DNA of 64,000 nucleotides from Candidatus Hydrogenedentota bacterium (GTDB lineage: Bacteria > Hydrogenedentota > Hydrogenedentia > Hydrogenedentales > SLHB01): positions 96,001-160,000 of the forward strand of contig CAVUWV010000028.1 in the NCBI GenBank assembly GCA_963745075.1. Direction: 5' to 3'. The first letter of the stretch is position 1. Each line of letters begins with the position of its first letter. Below, in pieces: positions 48,548-58,391 of the stretch. The translations under genes and the position numbers were made by a program. The notes beneath the pieces are model-generated. The model was not told where the DNA came from, did no database searches, and saw only the letters and a program-made list of their open reading frames with translations.

Positions 48548-48606
48548 GGGATGGAAATTTCGCGTGATGGATCGTCCTGCCATCGTGTAGCTTGCAGTCA
48601 ACGTAC

Positions 48607-48772
48607 GAGCGTGTTTCAAAAATGGCCGTCACTCCATTTAACAGACGTGCGGCGAATGTCGCGCAGGCGTTTTCGCTTGCAAATCCTGAGACAGAACCCC
48701 AACGAATGCCGGCGGGGACGCCTGCGCTACATTCGCCGCGCCCCGTCGTTATCCCACTTTTGAAACACGCTC
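48607..48772. mobile_element. Putative 166-bp MITE: 19-bp terminal inverted repeats enclosing a REP doublet
   Basis: GAGCGTGTTTCAAAAATGG / CCACTTTTGAAACACGCTC (1 mismatch); inner 22-bp arms at 48649-48670 and 48718-48739. Confidence 0.65.
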
Positions 48773-48783
48773 TAAGACCGAAA

Positions 48784-51771
48784 TTACATCATCACTTCGG
48801 GCGTGAAACCGCGGCGCATGGTGTTTTCGGTGACGCAGCGGGCATCGATGAAATTCAACAGGTATCCCGGCCCGCCTGCTTTGGCGTCGGTGCCGCTCAT
48901 ACGGAAACCGCCAAAGGGTTGACGTCCAACCATCGAGCCGGTGCAGCCGCGGTTCAGGTAAAGATTGCCGACTCGGAATCGTTCGCGCGCCATGGTCAAA
49001 TGGCTGGGTTGGCGCGAGTAGACCGCGCCGGTGAGGGCGAATTCACTTTCCAACGCACAGTCCAGCGCCTCTTCGAATGAATCGACGCACGTCAGCGCGA
49101 GCACGGGACCGAAGAGTTCCCGTTGCAAGAGTTCGTGTTGGCGGTCGTCGATACGAAGTACGATCGGGGGTATGAAGTGACCTCCGTTCGGAACGGTATC
49201 CCTTTGGAAGAGGACCTCCGTACCGGGACCCGGCGTGTCACACACTGCAAGTAACCGGCGATAGGCCAGTTCGTCCACGACGGGCGGGATCTGGCAGTTG
49301 GGTTCCACGGCCGATGTCAATTTCAAACTACGAGTCGCCTCGATCAACCGGCTCACAAATCGGTCCAACACCGAGTCCAGAACGATCGCGCGCGAACACG
49401 CGGAACACTTCTGCCCGGCGTAGGCGAACGCACTTTGGATCACGCCTCTAACGGCTTCGTCGAGGTCCGCGTCTTCGTCGATAACGATTGCGTTCTTGCC
49501 GCCCATTTCGCAGATGGCACGCTTCAACTCGGGCTGGCCAGGTTGACACTTTCCGATGCGTTCGAGGATTGACAGCCCAACTTCCCTGCTGCCCGTAAAC
49601 GCGACTTGCGCTACCAGTGGGTGGTCGACCAAAACCGGTCCGATCGTTTCTCCGTGGCCGGGCAGGAACTGGACGACTTTGGGTGGGAATCCGGCGTCGA
49701 GCATATGTTCGAACAACGCGTAAGCGACGGCACTGGATTGTTCCGCCGGTTTCATGAGCACCGGGTTTCCGCTTACGAGCGCCGCGGTCGACATGCCGCA
49801 CAGAATGGCGAGGGGAAAATTCCAAGGCGCGATGATAGCCGTCGGACCGCGTCCCTCGTAGGTCACCACATTCGATTCACCCGGGACATGACTGAGATCG
49901 CGCGGCGCCAGCTCCTCCATGGCAAGGCGCGCGTAGTAGCGGCAAAAGTCGATGGCCTCCGTCACGTCGGCATCTGCCTCCGCCCAGGGTTTAGCGACTT
50001 CGTGCACCTGCAATGCTGCGAGGCGGTGCCGGTCCCGTTCGAGTCGCCGGGCCAATACTTCCAGAAGCTCTGCACGTTCCCGCAACGGCCTGTCGCGCCA
50101 TTGCGGCCATGCATCCCAAGCCGACTGGACGGCCTCGGCCACCGTGTCCGTATCGGTGTCGGAAACACGAGCAACAACCGATTCGCCGTCGTTGGGAGAG
50201 ATACGGTTGAACGAGATTCCACACTCCACATGGTTTCCCGCCACGACCGTTGGTACGTGGATCGGCAATTGCCCGGACACCGCTTCGAGGGCCTTTGCCA
50301 GCGCATCCCGCTCATCGGCTCGGGTGAAATCGGAATGGGGACAATTTGTGAATGGATCGTCCAGACCGGCGGGCGGTGACTCAACTATACGCTGACCAAC
50401 CGGCGATTGGGACGGCGTTACCAATAAAGCATCGATATTCGCCTTATCGTGATAGCTGAGACGGAGAAAGCCTTCATTCGACGTATTTTCGAGGAGCCGC
50501 CGCACGAGATACGCCATACCGGGCAATAACTCGCCTACCGGAGTATACAATCGGACTCGGTGCCTGCGTTCGTGCAAGACCGACCGCAAAGGTTCGGCCA
50601 TACCGTACAGCATTTGGAATTCGTAGGCACTTGGCGGCACATCGAGTTCATCCGCATACGCCAGGATCGACGCGATCGACCGCAGGTTGTGCGACCCGAA
50701 TGCCGGTGTGAGATGTTCGTGGTGCCGTAGAAGGAATTCCGAGAGCATTTCAAAGTTGGCGTCGGTGGACGCCTTGTCCTCGAACACGGGGCACTCGTAG
50801 CCATGTTGCCGGGCGTGGACCACTTCGTAGTCCCAGTAGGCGCCTTTTACCAAGCGCACCGTAATCGGCACGCCACGACCCTGGGCCAACTCCAGCAACC
50901 GTCTCAGATCGGCATGGGCACGCTTGGTATACGCTTGAACCGCGACACCGATATGCGGCCATGCGTGCAGGTCTTCGTGGCACAACACCGTCTCCAGAAG
51001 ATCGAGGGTGATCCCGTGAATGGCCCACTGCTCCATATCGAAGTTTACAAAAACGTCTCGATCGCGGGCGTGTAATAGAATGGGAATGACATGCCTGGAT
51101 GCGCGGGCGACGCTCCCTGCCGGATCCACCGGGTCCAAATGGGGTTCGAGCGCAGAGATCTTCAATGAGACGTTTACGCGCGGAACCGGACCAAGTGCGC
51201 CTTCTTCCAAAACCCGTGCAGAGGGCCAGGAGACCGCTTCTTGCGCCAACCGATCGATCAGTTCGAGATAACGTGCCGAATAGGTGTCCGCTTCCTCGTC
51301 GCTCACGGTGACTTCGCCCAGCAGGTCAACCGTCGCGCCAATCCCGCCTTCGTAGAGCGCGCGAAGGCGTGGCATGGCTTCATCCAGGTTCTCGCCGACG
51401 ATGAAGCGATGCGCCATTTCGCGCACGGCTTTTTCCGTGATTTTGGCGGTCAGCGTCGACGGCAAGCCACTGGACGCCAACCGGAACAAACTGCCGGCGC
51501 CTTTTGGCAACGTCTTTCCGTCCGTTTGCAGATACTCCTTGACGTGTTGTTGCACCGACGATGCGGACCGAAGCCCGGGGAGTACGTCTACCAAACGGAA
51601 GAGGTCGGTTTTGAGTGCCGGACGATCCATGCTCCACTCGAGCATGCGGCCCATCCAGAAATCCGTCTGAAACAGGGTGGGTGTCTCGCCGCGCATTTCG
51701 TTCCAGAGGCTACGCGCGGTGTCTTGAACTTTGTCTTCAAACGAGCGAACTTCTTTGGTAACCACATTCAC
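48784..51771 (-). CDS. putA: Bifunctional proline dehydrogenase / P5C dehydrogenase
   Basis: DLFRLVDVLP, VDLLGE, FDMEQ, VRLVKGAYWDYE, RRLLENTSN; PWNFPLAI, FTGS, EMGGKN, GQKCSA, ELFGPV. Confidence 0.95.
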   Translation of the reverse strand: MNVVTKEVRSFEDKVQDTARSLWNEMRGETPTLFQTDFWMGRMLEWSMDRPALKTDLFRLVDVLPGLRSASSVQQHVKEYLQTDGKTLPKGAGSLFRLASSGLPSTLTAKITEKAVREMAHRFIVGENLDEAMPRLRALYEGGIGATVDLLGEVTVSDEEADTYSARYLELIDRLAQEAVSWPSARVLEEGALGPVPRVNVSLKISALEPHLDPVDPAGSVARASRHVIPILLHARDRDVFVNFDMEQWAIHGITLDLLETVLCHEDLHAWPHIGVAVQAYTKRAHADLRRLLELAQGRGVPITVRLVKGAYWDYEVVHARQHGYECPVFEDKASTDANFEMLSEFLLRHHEHLTPAFGSHNLRSIASILAYADELDVPPSAYEFQMLYGMAEPLRSVLHERRHRVRLYTPVGELLPGMAYLVRRLLENTSNEGFLRLSYHDKANIDALLVTPSQSPVGQRIVESPPAGLDDPFTNCPHSDFTRADERDALAKALEAVSGQLPIHVPTVVAGNHVECGISFNRISPNDGESVVARVSDTDTDTVAEAVQSAWDAWPQWRDRPLRERAELLEVLARRLERDRHRLAALQVHEVAKPWAEADADVTEAIDFCRYYARLAMEELAPRDLSHVPGESNVVTYEGRGPTAIIAPWNFPLAILCGMSTAALVSGNPVLMKPAEQSSAVAYALFEHMLDAGFPPKVVQFLPGHGETIGPVLVDHPLVAQVAFTGSREVGLSILERIGKCQPGQPELKRAICEMGGKNAIVIDEDADLDEAVRGVIQSAFAYAGQKCSACSRAIVLDSVLDRFVSRLIEATRSLKLTSAVEPNCQIPPVVDELAYRRLLAVCDTPGPGTEVLFQRDTVPNGGHFIPPIVLRIDDRQHELLQRELFGPVLALTCVDSFEEALDCALESEFALTGAVYSRQPSHLTMARERFRVGNLYLNRGCTGSMVGRQPFGGFRMSGTDAKAGGPGYLLNFIDARCVTENTMRRGFTPEVMM

Positions 51772-51937
51772 GGAATGTGTTCTCCACGTAAGCAGCCACT
51801 AACGTTAATCCCTTGCGGGTACGCTTTATTCCTATGCAGACTGAACGGAAGGGCGTCGAAGGTTACGCCGCCGCAGTTCTTGCGGAATTGCCATTTTTGC
51901 CATGTGCTTCGCGAGTCCCGTCGAATGGACCCTTCTC

Positions 51938-51966
51938 TTGACTGCCATAGGAATATCCCGCACAAT
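51938..51966 (+). promoter_or_regulatory. Putative sigma70 promoter of the TPP-enzyme operon
   Basis: TTGACT-17bp-CACAAT. Confidence 0.5.
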
Positions 51967-52002
51967 TCCGGTTCCATCTTCTACCGCAGGCAGGGGACCG
52001 TA

Positions 52003-53754
52003 ATGGACAAGATGACCGGTGGTGAAGTAATCGCGCGCATGCTGCGCCTGGAGGGCGTCGAGAAGGTGTTCGGCATCATCGACGGCACCTACTTCGGGTT
52101 GTATTCAAGTCTGGGGAAGTACGGCATCGAGCTCATCACGCCGCGGCACGAAACTTGTGCGGCTCACATGGCCGGAGCGTACGCCCGTATGACCGGAAAG
52201 CTCGGCGTCTGCATCGCGAGCAATGGGCCGGGCGTGGCGAACATTCTCCCCGGAGTTGCCGTAGAAAACGGCGAGGGGAACCGGGTCCTCCTCATTACCA
52301 GCACGCGGCGGACGGGAATCGGATATCCCGATCGCGGCGGTACGTACCAGTATTTTAATCAAGTGGGCGTCATCACGCCCATGGCGAAGTGGAGTGGTGC
52401 GGTTCCGACCTTTGCGCGCGTGCCGGAACTTATGCGGCGTGCGTTTCGGAAATCGTATGCCGGGCGGCCCGGCGTCGTGCATGTCGACGTGCCCGAAGAC
52501 ATCATGAACGGGAAGGATGTTTGCGAAGCCTTACCGGAACCGACCGCGTACCGGCGCACCTCCCCCATCGTCCCCGACCCGGAGCAGGTGAAGGCGTCGG
52601 CGGAATTGCTTATCGCGGCGGAACTGCCGCTAATCCATGCGGGCAGCGGCATCATTCATGCTGAAGCCTTTGACGAACTGCGTCTGGTGGCGGAGATGTT
52701 GCACTGTCCCGTCACGACGAGTTGGGCCGCCCGCGGCGTTTTCCCCGAGAACAACGATCGCGCGATCCCTATGTTATACGTGGCCCTCAACAACCAGGTC
52801 CGCAACGACGCAGACGTAGTATTGGCGCTCGGATCGCGCATCGGTGAAACGGATTGGTGGGGTAAATCCCCGAACTGGCGACCCGCCGCGCAACAGAAGT
52901 TGATCCAAGTCGACATCGACGACGACATCCTTGGGCTGAACAAACCGACGACCCTGGCCGTGCTCGGAGACGTGAAGGTATTTCTGAAGGAACTGGTTCC
53001 GCTACTCGCTGAGAAGAAGGAGAGGATTCGGTTTAACAGCCGTCGTGCGTCGATTCAGCGGTACGCGTCCGAACGCCGCCAACAACGGCAGAAGCTGGAT
53101 CGGTCACTGGGCGACGAAGGTCCCCTTATGAACACGGCGCACGTGGCGCGCGTATGTGAACGTTTTTTCGAAGACGATGCAATCTGCGTCATCGACGGCG
53201 GTAACACGGCAATCTGGGCGCACTTCTTCCGCGAGGTCACGTTCCCCAATACGATTTTGCAGACCGCCAAGTTTGGGATGCTCGGAGCGGGTGTGGCCCA
53301 AGCGCTGGGCGCAAAGGTTGCCCATCCCAATCGGCAGGTTTATTGCATCATCGGCGACGGCGCGATGGGATTCCATCCGCAGGAGATCGAAACGGCAGTG
53401 CGGAACAACCTGCAAGTCACATATCTGGTCTGTTGCGACAAGCAATGGGGTATGGTGAAGATGAACCAGCAATTCGCGCTGCGTCCGATCAAGACGATGT
53501 TCGCCAAGTCTCTGGGTCCGAATGAGACGATCAACGCGGATCTCGGCGAGATTGCCTGGGATAAACTCGCGGAGAGCATGGGCGCGCATGGCGAGCGCAT
53601 ATCGCAGCCCAAGGACCTGCACGCGGCGTTGGACCGCGCGCAGGAGTCGGGTCGTTGCGCGGTTATCCATGTGGACGTCGATCCCGTCAAGCACATGTGG
53701 GCACCGAATCTACTCGACTTCAAGAAAATGCATCAAGAACCCAAGGGAAAGTAG
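52003..53754 (+). CDS. Thiamine-diphosphate-dependent enzyme (acetolactate synthase/lyase-like)
   Basis: MTGGEVIA, RHE..AAHMA, GPGVAN, GRPGVVHVDVPED, GDGAMG; the longer 51241 start overlaps putA and was discarded. Confidence 0.9.
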   Translation: MDKMTGGEVIARMLRLEGVEKVFGIIDGTYFGLYSSLGKYGIELITPRHETCAAHMAGAYARMTGKLGVCIASNGPGVANILPGVAVENGEGNRVLLITSTRRTGIGYPDRGGTYQYFNQVGVITPMAKWSGAVPTFARVPELMRRAFRKSYAGRPGVVHVDVPEDIMNGKDVCEALPEPTAYRRTSPIVPDPEQVKASAELLIAAELPLIHAGSGIIHAEAFDELRLVAEMLHCPVTTSWAARGVFPENNDRAIPMLYVALNNQVRNDADVVLALGSRIGETDWWGKSPNWRPAAQQKLIQVDIDDDILGLNKPTTLAVLGDVKVFLKELVPLLAEKKERIRFNSRRASIQRYASERRQQRQKLDRSLGDEGPLMNTAHVARVCERFFEDDAICVIDGGNTAIWAHFFREVTFPNTILQTAKFGMLGAGVAQALGAKVAHPNRQVYCIIGDGAMGFHPQEIETAVRNNLQVTYLVCCDKQWGMVKMNQQFALRPIKTMFAKSLGPNETINADLGEIAWDKLAESMGAHGERISQPKDLHAALDRAQESGRCAVIHVDVDPVKHMWAPNLLDFKKMHQEPKGK

Positions 53755-53773
53755 GAACGCCGGATGGTAGCGA

Positions 53774-54691
53774 ATGGCCATTGACGACGTCCGACTGAAT
53801 TTCAATCCGGGTAACGTCTGGCTGGTGAATCTCGTGCTGGCCGTGATCATGTTCGGTGTGGCGCTGGACTTAAAGACCGAGGACTTCAAGCGGGTCCTGC
53901 GCGAGCCGAAAGCGCCGCTCCTGGGATTGACGGCCCAGTTTGTCCTCTTCCCGGCATTCACGTATTTGCTGACCCTGGTTCTTCGACCCGCACCCAGCGT
54001 GGCATTGGGTATGATACTCATCGCAGCCTGCCCCGGCGGCAATATGTCCAACTTTGTGACGTACCTCGCCGGTGGCAATACTGCACTCTCGATCAGCATG
54101 ACGGCCGTATCCTCGCTGGTCGCGGTATTGATGACGCCGCTGAATCTCACCTTCTGGGGTGGTATGAATCCGGAAACGGCAGATTTACTCAATCGGATCA
54201 ACCTCAATCCCTTGAGCGTATTTCTCACGGTGCTGTTGATCCTTGGCATCCCCCTCGTTTGCGGAACCACTATCGCGCGTTCCTTCCCGGCCTGGGCCGA
54301 CCGTTTGCACCGGCCGTTCAAGTTCTTATCAGTAGCCTTTCTCTTGGGGATCATCACGGTCGCATTTGCGGGCAACTACACCGTCTTCATCGCAAACGCA
54401 GGCACCGTTCTCGGCGCGGTAGTTCCGCACAACGCCGTGGCTTTTCTCTGCGGCTATGGGATCGGGCGGCTGACCGGTCTGTCCAATCGGGATGTTCGTG
54501 CCTTGACCATCGAAGTGGGCATTCAAAATTCTGCGCTTGGACTGACACTCATCTTCGCCTTCTTCCCCGCTCTCGGCGGCATGGCACTGGTCGCGGGTGG
54601 ATGGGGACTATGGCACATCATCGCCGGCCTCACGTTGGCGACGGCATGGTCGCGCATATCACAACCGGCTGAAGCGAAAGAGCCCGCATGA
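53774..54691 (+). CDS. Bile acid:sodium symporter (BASS) family transporter
   Basis: IMFGVAL, AACPGGNMSN, GNTALSISMT, EVGIQNSALGL. Confidence 0.93.
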   Translation: MAIDDVRLNFNPGNVWLVNLVLAVIMFGVALDLKTEDFKRVLREPKAPLLGLTAQFVLFPAFTYLLTLVLRPAPSVALGMILIAACPGGNMSNFVTYLAGGNTALSISMTAVSSLVAVLMTPLNLTFWGGMNPETADLLNRINLNPLSVFLTVLLILGIPLVCGTTIARSFPAWADRLHRPFKFLSVAFLLGIITVAFAGNYTVFIANAGTVLGAVVPHNAVAFLCGYGIGRLTGLSNRDVRALTIEVGIQNSALGLTLIFAFFPALGGMALVAGGWGLWHIIAGLTLATAWSRISQPAEAKEPA

Positions 54692-55655
54692 GCGACGCCA
54701 CACGGAAGCCATCGGTCCTGATCACCGGCGCGAACGGGTATCTCGGGAGGGTAGTGGTTCGTGCGCTGGCGGATGAAGCGGCGAAATTGGAACGTATCGT
54801 CGCGCTCGACGTTCGACCCTTGCCGGCCCGCGAAGAACTCAATGGCGTCGTGTATCGGACGGGTGATGTGCGTTCCCCGGAACTCGCGGACATTCTGGGC
54901 GAGTTCTCGATCACAACCGTGGTCCATCTGGCCTCGATCGTGAATCCCGGCAAGAATACTGACCGTGCGTTTCTGTATTCCGTGGACGTCGAGGGAACCG
55001 AGAACGTCCTGGCCTGTTCCCTGAAGTCCGGCGTGAGTCATATCGTCGTCACGAGCAGTGGCGCGGCGTACGGCTATTATCCCGATAACCCTACTCCGTT
55101 GCGCGAAGATGATGCTCTACGCGGCAACCCCGAGTTTGCATACTCCGACCACAAGCGGCTCGTGGAAGAACTCCTCGCCCGATACCGGACGGACCACCCG
55201 CAGTTGCGGCAATTGATCCTGCGACCAGGCACCATTCTTGGAGATAAGACCTCAAACCAAATCACCAACCTCTTCGAGGGACGTTTTGTCTTAGGGTTGC
55301 GCGGTTCGTCGGCTCCGTTCGTCTTCATTTGGGACCAGGATGTTGCCACGTGCATCGTGCGGGGAGTACTTGAAGAAAAGACTGGGATTTACAACCTTGC
55401 CGGGGACGGCACACTCACCATGAGCGAAATTGCGGCGATCCTCGGTAAGCCGTATATTGTCGTGCCCGTTTCGTTGTGCGTAGTGCGTTGTGGGTATTGA
55501 AGCGCTTAGGACTGACATCGTACGGTCCCGAGCAAGTCGATTTTCTACGTTACCGGCCGGTTCTCAGCAATGAACGGCTGAAGACAGAGTTCCCCTACAC
55601 ACCCGAGAAGAACTCGGAAGAGACGTTCCGATTCTGGCTCGAACACCGGCGGTGA
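54688..55655 (+). CDS. NAD-dependent epimerase/dehydratase (extended SDR); apparent frameshift near 55477
   Basis: TGANGYLG, HLAS, SSGAAYG, YSDHK; the shifted frame continues YGPEQVDFLRYRPVLSNERLK to a stop at 55655. Confidence 0.88.
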
Positions 55656-55659
55656 CCGC

Positions 55660-56659
55660 TTATTTGTGCAGGCCGCGTTCCCTCAGGAGTGGCAGGAGCA
55701 CGTCCAGCTGATCGGTCTGAATGTAGTCGGCGCCCGCCTCGATGGCGCGGGTCAGGCTTTCCGCGTTGTCCTTGTCTCCCATCGTATTCACGAAGGCCTT
55801 GCGTCCATCGAGATGAATCTCGCGCACCAGTTCCTCGGAGAAATACCGCCAGTCAATATTGACGATCGGTGGGTCAAGTTCGGCAATCACTTGCTGAAGG
55901 CCCGGAAGTCCTTTCGGAGCGGTCGGGCGAATGATGAAACCGGGATCGATGGCGAGCGTCGCTTTCATCTTGTCCCAATCGCCGCAATAGAGCGTTACCT
56001 TTCCCAATAGTCCTGCCTTGCGAACGGCCTCGACGACCTTTTCGGGATCGCCGGCTTTGAAATCAATATCGGGGAGGGCGCGACCCTTGATCGCATCCAA
56101 TACCTCCTCGAACGTAGGAACGTGTTCCCCTTTATAGGTGTCGCCGAACCACGAACCTGCATCGAGCGTTTTGATTTCGCCGAGGGCAAGCCCCGCCACG
56201 TCGCCGCGCCGGTCCGTCGTGCGGGCGACGGACTGGTCGTGCATGATGACCAAGCTGGCCGTCGCTGGTTTGGCGCACATCCATTTCGAGCAGATCCGCG
56301 CCATGCTCGATGGCCGCATTGAACGCGGCAATCGTATTTTCCGGCGCGAACTTGACGGTACCCCGATGCCCAACCGTCACGACGCCGGGAAACGTGTAGA
56401 CCACCTCGCCGTTCTTCCGGATTTCCAGGACGCGTGACGCCCGGGCATCGATTACCGCCATCACCGGTGTGCCTTTACTGAGACCGCCGACGGTGTACAG
56501 CGGCGTGCCATTCTCCACCATCATCCGCGTTTCCGCGCTGGCCAGGGGATAACCTTGAGACGACAGGAGTTGCACCGCTTCGTTGGACGTGATGGGGTCG
56601 AGCCCCCAGGCGCTAAGTAGGAAAAGAACCGTGGGCGTCAGACGCAGTATGGATCGCAT
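55660..56659 (-). CDS. Secreted glycerophosphodiester phosphodiesterase with PepSY-like N-terminus; apparent frameshift near 56253
   Basis: VGHRG, APENTIAAF, EMDVR..DGQL|VIMHD, VPTFEEVL, GADYIQTD. Confidence 0.88.
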
Positions 56660-56769
56660 GGTAAGACACTCCTCGATGATTGGGTATGAACGAGAGTACT
56701 GACCTGAACGCGTCCGTTTCAAACGAAGGGATCCGCAAACCGAATGCCGGCGGCTTCGCGGTTCGTAAA

Positions 56770-56850
56770 GCCGATGGTGTAGGGACCCCCTTACCGGGGC
56801 GGAGATCCGGTTGGGCTGAAAGGGCGGTCGGAGGTCCCTACATCAGCGGC
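56770..56850. repeat. GTAG REP-like inverted doublet
   Basis: GCCGATGGTGTAGGGACC / GGTCCCTACATCAGCGGC (18 bp, 2 mismatches). Confidence 0.65.
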
Positions 56851-57036
56851 CTCGCCGTGGCCGGCGACAGCCAGACCATACGCGACTGCCGTTAGAGGTT
56901 TGTTAGCGACTCTTAGCCGGTTTGTCACGCGAAAACCATCGCGGACCTGGTGCATATGCCCCACAAAATCGGTATACTTGGGTCTTTGTGCCGAACCACC
57001 GTTTATTGGTCCGGCTTGGCAGTATGGAGAAATGCG

Positions 57037-58391
57037 ATGCGTCCACGTAGTTTGATCATTTACCCGCTAATTGCACTATTTTGCCTGGGAAGCGCAAACG
57101 CGCAGGAGAAGACGGCCGAGGGCCCGGTCGCAAAGAATGTGATCGTTTTTGTTGCCGACGGTTGGGGGTTTAATCACGTCCTCGCAACCGACTACTACCA
57201 GTACGGCGAGACCGGTAAGCAAGTTTACGAGCGCGAATTCACCGAGTACGGCATGGACACCCATTCCCTGAAAGTTCCGCCGTACGATCCGGAAAAGGCC
57301 TGGGGCGATTTCGAGTGGGTCAAGAAGGCCGCCACGGATTCCGCCGCTTCAGCAACGGCCATGTCGAGTGGGGTCAAGACCCTGAACGGCGCCATCGGTG
57401 TCGATGAGAACGACAACCCCGTGGAACACGCCGTTGACCGTGCGGAGAAACTCGGGAAGTCGACCGGGGTCATCACCTCCGTTCTGCTCAGTCACGCCAC
57501 GCCGGCCGCCTTTTCGGCCCACGATCGGAGCCGCGGGAACTACGAAGAAATATCCAAGGAAATGATCAACCGCAGCGGCCTCGACGTGATCATGGGTTGC
57601 GGACACCCCGACTACGACAAGAACGGTGAATTGCTTTCCGAAGACGCCGATAAATCGTACCGTTACGTCGGCGGGCCGGATACTTGGGCGGAGATTGTTG
57701 CGGGGACGGCCGGCGCCGATTGCGATGGCGACGGCATACCCGACCCCTGGACATTGATTCAGACGCGGGAAGGTTTTCAGAAGCTGATGTCCGGCGACAC
57801 GCCGAAGCGCGTGATCGGTGTCGTGCCGGTGGAAACCTCGCTGCAAGTGGAACGCTACATGGACAAACTTCCGTCCGACGACGCGCCCTTCAAAGTCCCC
57901 TACCTGAAAACCTCCCCCTCGTTCGCGGACATGGCGCTGGGGGCGATCAACGTGCTCGACAACAATCCTGACGGCTTCTACCTGATGATCGAAGGCGGCG
58001 CGGTGGATTGGGCCAGTCACGAGAATTACACGCCCCGCATGATCGAAGAAATGGTCGCATTTAACGAAGCGGTCAGGCGGTCGTGGATTGGGTCGAGAAG
58101 AACAGCAGTTGGGACGATACTCTGGTCATCGTCACCGGTGACCATGAGTGCGGCTATCTGTGCGGTCCCGGCTCCGACCCGGAATGGAAGCCCGTCGTAA
58201 ACAATGGCAAAGGCAACACTCCCGGCGTGGAGTGGCACAAGGGAAGTCATACGAACAGCCTGATCCCGCTATTCGTTAAGGGCGCCGGTGCGGACTTGTT
58301 CAAGAATTACGTCATTGGTACCGACCCGAAACGAGGCGACTACGTGGACGATACGGCCGTGAGCAAGGTTCCGTTTGCGGTAATGCACTAA
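57037..58391 (+). CDS. phoA: Alkaline phosphatase; apparent -1 frameshift near 58076
   Basis: KNVIVFVADGWG, TDSAASATA, HATPAAF, IEGGAVDWASH, TLVIVTGDHE, SHT. Confidence 0.9.

Noticed and set aside
51241..52002. 254-aa N-terminal extension of the ThDP enzyme
   Set aside because: Overlaps putA on the opposite strand; family similarity and the promoter point to ATG 52003
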